Positions 53,201-64,000 of a DNA stretch of 64,000 nt are shown here, piece by piece. A program made the translations under genes and the position numbers. Position 1 is the first letter of the stretch, and every line of letters starts with the position of its first letter. The DNA comes from Eledone cirrhosa (taxonomy: Eukaryota), in assembly GCA_964016885.1 (NCBI GenBank), contig OZ024742.1:204042001-204106000 (forward strand). The letters run 5' to 3'. The notes below the pieces were generated by a model. It saw nothing but the letters and a program-made list of their open reading frames with translations, ran no database searches and was not told the origin of the DNA.

Positions 53201-56200
53201 TGACGGGGTGATATATACTATATGTAGAATATAGCTGTGTTACAACAGTTATAACGAGGTGATATATACTCTATCTATACTATAGCTATGTTACTACAGT
53301 TATAAGAAGGTGATGTATACTGTATGTAGAATATAGCTGTGTTACAACAGTGATAACGAGGTGTAATATACTATATGTAGACTATAGCTGTGTTACAATA
53401 GTTATAACGAGGTGATATATAATATGAAGACTATAGCTGTGTTACAACAGTTATAACGAGGTGTAATATACTATATCTATACTATAGCTGTGTTACAACT
53501 GTTATAACGAGGTGTAATATACTATATGTAGACTATAGCTATGTTACAACAGTTATAACGAGAGGATATATACTATATGTAGACTATAGCTGTGTTACAA
53601 CAATTATAACGAGGTGATATATACTATATGTAGACTATAGTTGTGTTACAATTGTTATAACGAGGTGATATATACTCTATATATACTATAGCTGTGTTGC
53701 AACTGTTATAACGAGGTGATGTATACTACATGTAGACTATAGCTGTGTTACAATAGTTACAACGAGATGATATATACTATATCTATACTATAGATGTGTT
53801 ACAACAGTTATAACTAGGTGATATATACTATATCTAAACTATAGCTGTCTTACAATAGCTATAACGAGGTGATATATAATATGTAGATTATAGCTCTGTT
53901 ACAACCGTTATGACGAGGTGTAATATACTATATGTAGACTATAGCTATGTTACAACAGTTATAACAAGTTGAAATAATGCTATATGTAGATTATAGCTGC
54001 GTTACAATAGTTATAATGAGGTATAATATTCTATATGTAGAATATAGCTATGTTACAACAGTTATAACGAGGTGTAATATAATATATGTAAACTATAGCT
54101 ATGTTACAATAGTTATAACGAGGTGATATATACTATATGTAGACTATAGCTATGTTACAACAGTTATAACGAGGTGTAATCTACTATATGTAGATTATAG
54201 CTGTGTTACAATAGGTATAACGAGTTGATATAAAATATGTAGACTATAGCTGTGTTACAACTGTCATAACGAGGAGATATATACTATATGTAGACTATAG
54301 CTGTGTTACAACAGTTATATGGAGGTTTAATATACTGTATGTAGACTATAGTTGTGTTACAATAGTTATGACGAGGTGCAATATACTATATGTAGACAAT
54401 AGCTATGTTACAACTGCTATAACGAGATGATAGATACTATATGTAGACTATAGCTGTGTTACAACAGTTATAACGGGGTAATGTATACTATATGTAGAAT
54501 ATAGCTTTGTTACAACAGTTATAACGAACTGATATATACTATATGTAGACTCTAGCTGTGTTACAACTGGTATAACGAGTTGAAATATACAATATTTCGA
54601 CTATAGCTGTGTTACGACAGTTATGACGAGTTGTAATATATTATATGTAGACTATAGCTGTGTTACAACTGCTATAACGAGGTGATAGATACTATATGTA
54701 GACTATAGCTGTGTTACAACAATTATAACGAGGTGATATATACTATATCTATACTATAGCTGTGTTACAACAGTTATAACGAGGTTATATATACTCTATG
54801 AAGACTATAGGTGTGTTACAATTGTTATAACGAGGTGATATATACTATATGTAGACGATAGCTGTGTTACAACAGTTTCAACGAGGTGATATATACTATA
54901 TGTAGACTATAGCTGTCTTACAATAGCTATAACGAGGTGATATATATTATATGTAGAATATAGCTGTGTTACAACAGTTATAACGAGGTGATATATACTA
55001 TATCTATAATATAGGTATGTTACAACAGTTATAAGAAGGTGATGTATACTATATGTAGAATATAGCTGTGTTACAACAGTTATAACGAGGTATAATATAC
55101 TATATGTAGACTATAGCTGTGTTACAATAGTTATAACGAGCTGATATATAATATGTAGACTATAGCTGTGTTACAACAGTTATAACGAGGTGTAATATAC
55201 TATATCTATACAATAGCTGTGTTACAACTGTTATAACGAGGTGTAATATACTATATGTAGATTATATCTATGTTACAACTGTTATAACGAGGTGATATAT
55301 AATATATGTAGTCTATAGCTGTGTTACAACAATTATAACGAGGTGATATATACTATATCTATACTATAGCTGTGTTACAACAGTTATAACGAGGTGATAT
55401 ATACTCTATGTAGACTATAGCTGTGTTACAACAGTTATAATGAGGTGATATATACTATATGTAGGCTATAGGTGTGTTACAATTGATATAACGAGGTGAT
55501 ATATACTATATGTAGACGATAGCTGTGTTACAACAGTTTCAACGAGGTGATATATACTATATGTAGACTATAGCTGTCTTATAATAGCTATAACGAGGTG
55601 ATATATACTATATGTAGGCTATAGGTATGTTACAACTGTTATAACGAGGTGATATATACTATATGTAGACTATAGCTGTGTTACAACAGTTATAATGAGG
55701 TGATATATACTATATATATACAATAGCTGTGTTACAACTGTTATAACGAGGTGTAATATACTATATGTAGACTATAGCTATGTTACAACAGTTATAAAGA
55801 GGGGATATATGCTATATGTAGACTATAGCTATGTTACAACAGTTATAACAAGGTGATATATGCTATATGTAGAATATAGCTGTGTTACAATAGTTATAAC
55901 GAGGTGTAATATACTATATGTAGACTATAGCTATGTTTAAACTGCTATAACGATGTGATATATACTATATGTACACTATTTGCTATGTTACAACAGTTAT
56001 AAAGAGGTGTAATATACTATATGTAGACTATAGCTGTGTTACAACTGTTATAACGAGGTGATATATACTATATGTAGACTATAGCTATGTTGCAACAGTC
56101 ATAACGAGGTGATATATAATATGTAGACTATAGCTGTGTTACAACAGTTATAACGAGGTGTAATATACTATATGTAGACTATAGCTATGTTACAACTGTT

Positions 56201-59200
56201 ATAACGAGGTGATATATACTATATGTAGACTATAGCTGTGTTACAACTGTCATAACGAGGTGATATATACTATATCTATACTATAGCTATGTTACAACTG
56301 TTATAACGAGGTGACATATACTATATGTAGACTATAGCTATGTTACAATAGCTATAACGAGGTGATATATAATATGTAGACTATAGCTGTGTTACAATAG
56401 TTATAACGAGATTATATATACTATATGTAGACTATAGCTCTGTTACAACTGCTATAACGAGGTGATATATACTATATATAGACTATAGCTATGTTACAAC
56501 AGTTATAACGAGGTGATATATAATATGTAGACTATAGCTATGTTACAACAGATATAACGAGGTGTAATATACTATATCTATACTATAGCTGTGTTACAAC
56601 TGTTATAACGAGGTGTAATATACTATATGTAGACTATAGCTATGTTACAACTGTTATAACGAGGTGATATATACTATATGTAGACAATAGCTATGTTACA
56701 ACAGTTATAACGAGGTGTTATATACTATATGTAGACTAAAGTTGTGTTACAATAGTTATAACGAGGTGATATATATAATATGTAGACTATAGCTATGTTA
56801 CAATAGTTATAACGAGGTAATATATACTATATGTAGACTCTAGCTGTGTTACAACAGTTACAACGAGGTGATATATACTATATGTAGACTATAGCTGTGT
56901 TACAACAGTTATAATGAGGTATAATATACTATATGTAGACTATAGCTGTGTTACAACAATTATAACGAGGTGTAATATACTATATGTAGACTATAGCTAT
57001 GTTACAACTGATATAACGAGGTGATATATACTATATGTAGAATATAGCTGTGTTACAACAGTTATAACGAGGTGTAATCTACTATATGTAGATTATAGCT
57101 GTGTTACAATAGGTATAACGAGTTGATATAAAATATGTAGACTATAGCTGTGTTACAACTGTCATAACGAGGAGATATATACTATATGTAGAATATAGCT
57201 ATGTTCCAACAGTTATAACGAGGTGATATATGCTATATGTAGACTATAGCTGTGTTACAATAGTTATAATGAGGTGATATATACTATATGTAGACTATAG
57301 CTGTGTTACAACAGTTATAATGTGGTATAATATACTATATGTAGACTATAGTTGTGTTACAATAGTTATAACGAGGTGATATATAATATGTAGTCTATAG
57401 CTGTTTTACAACTGTTATAACGAGGTGATATATACTATATGTAGACTATAGCTGTGTTACAACAGTTATATGGAGGTTTAATATACTGTATGTAGACTAT
57501 AGTTGTGTTACAATAGTTATGACGAGGTGTAATATACTATATGTAGACAATATCTATGTTACAACTGCTATAACGAGGTGATAGATACTACATGTAGACT
57601 ATAGCTGTGTTACAACTGTTATAACGGGGTAATGTATACTATATGTAGAATATAGTTTTGTTACAACAGTTATAACGAGCTGATATATACTATATGTAGA
57701 CTCTAGCTGTGTTACAACTGGTATAACGAGTTGAAATATACAATATTTCGACTATAGCTGTGTTACGACAGTTATGACGAGTTGTAATATATTATATGTA
57801 GACTATAGCTATGTTACAACTGCTATAACGATGTGATAGATACTATATGTAGACTATAGCTGTGTTACAACAATTATAACGAGGTGATATATACTATATC
57901 TATACTATAGCTGTGTTACAACAGTTATAACGAGGTGATATATACTCTATCTAGACTATAGCTGTGTTACAACAGTTATAATGAGGTGATATATACTATA
58001 TGTAGGCTATAGGTGTGTTACAATTGTTATAACGAGGTGATATATACTATATGTAGACGATAGCTGTGTTACAACAGTTTCAACGAGGTGATATATACTA
58101 TATGTAGACTATAGCTGTCTTACAATAGCTATAACGAGGTGATATATATTATATGCAGAATATAGCTGTGTTACAACAGTTATAACGAGGTGATATATAC
58201 TATATCTATAATATAGCTATGTTACAACAGTTATAAGAAGGTGATGTATACTATATGTAGAATATAGCTGTGTTACAACAGTTATAACGAGGTATAATAT
58301 TCTATATGTAGACTATAGCTGTGTTACAATAGTTATAACGAGCTGATATATAATATGTAGACTATAGCTGTGTTACAACAGTTATAACGAGGTGTAATAT
58401 ACTATATCTATACAATAGCTGTGTTACAACTGTTATACCGAGGTGATATATACTATATGTAGACTATAGCTGTGTTACAACAGTTATAATGAGGTGATAT
58501 ATACTATATATATACAATAGCTGTGTTACAACTGTTATAACGAGGTGTAATATACTATATGTGGACTATAGCTGTGTTACAACAGTTATAAAGAGGGGAT
58601 ATATGCTATATGTAGACTATAGCTATGTTACAACAGTTATAACAAGGTGATATATGCTATATGTAGACTATAGCTGTGTTACAATAGTTATAACGAGGTG
58701 TAATATACTATATGTAGACTATAGCTATGTTTAAACTGCTATAACGATGTGATATATACTATATGTACACTATTTGCTATGTTACAACAGTTATAAAGAG
58801 GTGTAATATACTATATGTAGACTATAGCTGTGTTACAACTGTTATAACGAGGTGATATATACTATATGTAGACTATAGCTATGTTGCAACAGTCATAACG
58901 AGGTGATATATACTATATCTATACTATAGCTATGTTACAACTGTTATAACGAGGTGACATATACTATATGTAGACTATAGCTATGTTACAACAGTTATAA
59001 CGAGGTGATATATAATATGTAGACTATAGCTATGTTACAACAGTTATAACGAGGTGTAATATACTATATCTATACTATAGCTGTGTTACAACTGTTATAA
59101 CGAGGTGTAATATACTATATGTAGACTATAGCTATGTTACAACTGTTATAACGAGGTGATATATACTATATGTAGACAATAGCTATGTTACAACAGTTAT

Positions 59201-62200
59201 AACGAGGTGTTATATACTATATGTAGACTAAAGTTGTGTTACAATAGTTATAACGAGGTGATATATATAATATGTAGACTATAGCTATGTTACAATAGTT
59301 ATAACGAGGTAATATATACTATATGTAGACACTAGCTGTGTTACAACAGTTACAACGAGGTGATATATACTATATGTAGACTATAGCTGTGTTACAACAG
59401 TTATAATGAGGTATAATATACTATATGTAGACTATAGCTGTGTTACAACAATTATAACGAGGTGTAATATACTATATGTAGACTATAGCTATGTTACAAC
59501 TGATATAACGAGGTTATATATACTATATGTAGAATATAGCTGTGTTACAACAGTTATAACGAGGTATAATATACTATATGTAGACTATAGCTGTGTTACA
59601 ATAGTTATAACGAGCTGATATATAATATGTAGACTATAGCTGTGTTACAACAGTTATAACGAGGTGTAATATACTATATCTATACAATAGCTGTGTTACA
59701 ACTGTTATAACGAGGTGTAATATACTATATGTAGATTATATCTATGTTACAACTGTTATAACGAGGTGATATATAATATATGTAGTCTATAGCTGTGTTA
59801 CAACAATTATAACGAGGTGATATATACTATATCTATACTATAGCTGTGTTACAACAGTTATAACGAGGTGATATATACTCTATGTAGACTATAGCTGTGT
59901 TACAACAGTTATAATGAGGTGATATATACTATATGTAGGCTATAGGTGTGTTACAATTGTTATAACGAGGTGATATATACTATATGTAGACGATAGCTGT
60001 GTTACAACAGTTTCAACGAGGTGATATATACTATATGTAGACTATAGCTGTCTTATAATAGCTATAACGAGGTGATATATACTATATGTAGGCTATAGGT
60101 GTGTTACAACTGTTATAACGAGGTGATATATACTATATGTAGACTATAGCTGTGTTACAACAGTTATAATGAGGTGATATATACTATATATATACAATAG
60201 CTGTGTTACAACTGTTATAACGAGGTGTAATATACTATATGTAGACTATAGCTATGTTACAACAGTTATAAAGAGGGGATATATGCTATATGTAGACTAT
60301 AGCTATGTTACAACAGTTATAACAAGGTGATATATGCTATATGTAGAATATAGCTGTGTTACAATAGTTATAACGAGGTGTAATATACTATATGTAGACT
60401 ATAGCTATGTTTAAACTGCTATAACGATGTGATATATACTATATGTACACTATTTGCTATGTTACAACAGTTATAAAGAGGTGTAATATACTATATGTAG
60501 ACTATAGCTGTGTTACAACTGTTATAACGAGGTGATATATACTATATGTAGACTATAGCTATGTTGCAACAGTCATAACGAGGTGATATATAATATGTAG
60601 ACTATAGCTGTGTTACAACAGTTATAACGAGGTGTAATATACTATATGTAGACTATAGCTATGTTACAACTGTTATAACGAGGTGATATATACTATATGT
60701 AGACTATAGCTGTGTTACAACTGTCATAACGAGGTGATATATACTATATCTATACTATAGCTATGTTACAACTGTTATAACGAGGTGACATATACTATAT
60801 GTAGACTATAGCTATGTTACAATAGCTATAACGAGGTGATATATAATATGTAGACTATAGCTGTGTTACAATAGTTATAACGAGATTATATATACTATAT
60901 GTAGACTATAGCTCTGTTACAACTGCTATAACGAGGTGATATATACTATATATAGACTATAGCTATGTTACAACAGTTATAACGAGGTGATATATAATAT
61001 GTAGACTATAGCTATGTTACAACAGATATAACGAGGTGTAATATACTATATCTATACTATAGCTGTGTTACAACTGTTATAACGAGGTGTAATATACTAT
61101 ATGTAGACTATAGCTATGTTACAACTGTTATAACGAGGTGATATATACTATATGTAGACAATAGCTATGTTACAACAGTTATAACGAGGTGTTATATACT
61201 ATATGTAGACTAAAGTTGTGTTACAATAGTTATAACGAGGTGATATATATAATATGTAGACTATAGCTATGTTACAATAGTTATAACGAGGTAATATATA
61301 CTATATGTAGACTCTAGCTGTGTTACAACAGTTACAACGAGGTGATATATACTATATGTAGACTATAGCTGTGTTACAACAGTTATAATGAGGTATAATA
61401 TACTATATGTAGACTATAGCTGTGTTACAACAATTATAACGAGGTGTAATATACTATATGTAGACTATAGCTATGTTACAACTGATATAACGAGGTGATA
61501 TATACTATATGTAGAATATAGCTGTGTTACAACAGTTATAACGAGGTGTAATCTACTATATGTAGATTATAGCTGTGTTACAATAGGTATAACGAGTTGA
61601 TATAAAATATGTAGACTATAGCTGTGTTACAACTGTCATAACGAGGAGATATATACTATATGTAGAATATAGCTATGTTCCAACAGTTATAACGAGGTGA
61701 TATATGCTATATGTAGACTATAGCTGTGTTACAATAGTTATAATGAGGTGATATATACTATATGTAGACTATAGCTGTGTTACAACAGTTATAATGTGGT
61801 ATAATATACTATATGTAGACTATAGTTGTGTTACAATAGTTATAACGAGGTGATATATAATATGTAGTCTATAGCTGTTTTACAACTGTTATAACGAGGT
61901 GATATATACTATATGTAGACTATAGCTGTGTTACAACAGTTATATGGAGGTTTAATATACTGTATGTAGACTATAGTTGTGTTACAATAGTTATGACGAG
62001 GTGTAATATACTATATGTAGACAATATCTATGTTACAACTGCTATAACGAGGTGATAGATACTACATGTAGACTATAGCTGTGTTACAACTGTTATAACG
62101 GGGTAATGTATACTATATGTAGAATATAGTTTTGTTACAACAGTTATAACGAGCTGATATATACTATATGTAGACTCTAGCTGTGTTACAACTGGTATAA

Positions 62201-64000
62201 CGAGTTGAAATATACAATATTTCGACTATAGCTGTGTTACGACAGTTATGACGAGTTGTAATATATTATATGTAGACTATAGCTATGTTACAACTGCTAT
62301 AACGATGTGATAGATACTATATGTAGACTATAGCTGTGTTACAACAATTATAACGAGGTGATATATACTATATCTATACTATAGCTGTGTTACAACAGTT
62401 ATAACGAGGTGATATATACTCTATCTAGACTATAGCTGTGTTACAACAGTTATAATGAGGTGATATATACTATATGTAGGCTATAGGTGTGTTACAATTG
62501 TTATAACGAGGTGATATATACTATATGTAGACGATAGCTGTGTTACAACAGTTTCAACGAGGTGATATATACTATATGTAGACTATAGCTGTCTTACAAT
62601 AGCTATAACGAGGTGATATATATTATATGCAGAATATAGCTGTGTTACAACAGTTATAACGAGGTGATATATACTATATCTATAATATAGCTATGTTACA
62701 ACAGTTATAAGAAGGTGATGTATACTATATGTAGAATATAGCTGTGTTACAACAGTTATAACGAGGTATAATATTCTATATGTAGACTATAGCTGTGTTA
62801 CAATAGTTATAACGAGCTGATATATAATATGTAGACTATAGCTGTGTTACAACAGTTATAACGAGGTGTAATATACTATATCTATACAATAGCTGTGTTA
62901 CAACTGTTATACCGAGGTGATATATACTATATGTAGACTATAGCTGTGTTACAACAGTTATAATGAGGTGATATATACTATATATATACAATAGCTGTGT
63001 TACAACTGTTATAACGAGGTGTAATATACTATATGTGGACTATAGCTGTGTTACAACAGTTATAAAGAGGGGATATATGCTATATGTAGACTATAGCTAT
63101 GTTACAACAGTTATAACAAGGTGATATATGCTATATGTAGACTATAGCTGTGTTACAATAGTTATAACGAGGTGTAATATACTATATGTAGACTATAGCT
63201 ATGTTTAAACTGCTATAACGATGTGATATATACTATATGTACACTATTTGCTATGTTACAACAGTTATAAAGAGGTGTAATATACTATATGTAGACTATA
63301 GCTGTGTTACAACTGTTATAACGAGGTGATATATACTATATGTAGACTATAGCTATGTTGCAACAGTCATAACGAGGTGATATATACTATATCTATACTA
63401 TAGCTATGTTACAACTGTTATAACGAGGTGACATATACTATATGTAGACTATAGCTATGTTACAACAGTTATAACGAGGTGATATATAATATGTAGACTA
63501 TAGCTATGTTACAACAGTTATAACGAGGTGTAATATACTATATCTATACTATAGCTGTGTTACAACTGTTATAACGAGGTGTAATATACTATATGTAGAC
63601 TATAGCTATGTTACAACTGTTATAACGAGGTGATATATACTATATGTAGACAATAGCTATGTTACAACAGTTATAACGAGGTGTTATATACTATATGTAG
63701 ACTAAAGTTGTGTTACAATAGTTATAACGAGGTTATATATATAATATGTAGACTATAGCTATGTTACAATAGTTATAACGAGGTAATATATACTATATGT
63801 AGACACTAGCTGTGTTACAACAGTTACAACGAGGTGATATATACTATATGTAGACTATAGCTGTGTTACAACAGTTATAATGAGGTATAATATACTATAT
63901 GTAGACTATAGCTGTGTTACAACAATTATAACGAGGTGTAATATACTATATGTAGACTATAGCTATGTTACAACTGATATAACGAGGTTATATATACTAT
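38270..64000. repeat. Tandem satellite array with a 51-bp monomer (49- and 55-bp variants), roughly 500 copies, running off the window end
   Basis: The consensus is gtagactatagctgtgttacaacagttataacgaggtgatatatactatat. Monomers start at 38298, 38349 and 38400. Confidence 0.98.

Noticed and set aside
38270-64000. CRISPR-like array or repetitive protein gene (17-codon unit, ORF 59406-59618)
   Set aside because: Monomers are head-to-tail with no unique spacers and no cas genes. Stops recur in most monomers, so this is a satellite.

Overview
This is animal genomic DNA, not prokaryotic. The AT-rich microsatellites and the SINE families suggest a cephalopod such as an octopus, which is inferred rather than shown. 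The window has three zones. (1) 1-9.8 kb is intron-like sequence holding one 548-nt coding exon of a divergent nicotinic acetylcholine receptor-type (Cys-loop) subunit on the minus strand, a Penelope-like retroelement with a hammerhead-like core, SINEs and a 61-bp foldback. (2) 9.9-37.8 kb is an almost gap-free chain of non-LTR retrotransposons: R4/Dong-like (RLE), Tx1/L1-like (APE), short RTE-derived non-autonomous elements and tRNA-derived SINEs. Each family sits in its own microsatellite type: TA, CATA, GACA or TAA. (3) 38.3-64 kb is a 51-bp satellite with higher-order repeats of 2387 bp and 4474 bp. The most unusual signal is that in all three Tx1-like elements (two divergent families) the ORF1 stop codon lies inside a perfect splice donor (AG|GTAAGT). 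It is followed by a pyrimidine tract and an AG that would fuse ORF1 to ORF2 in frame.
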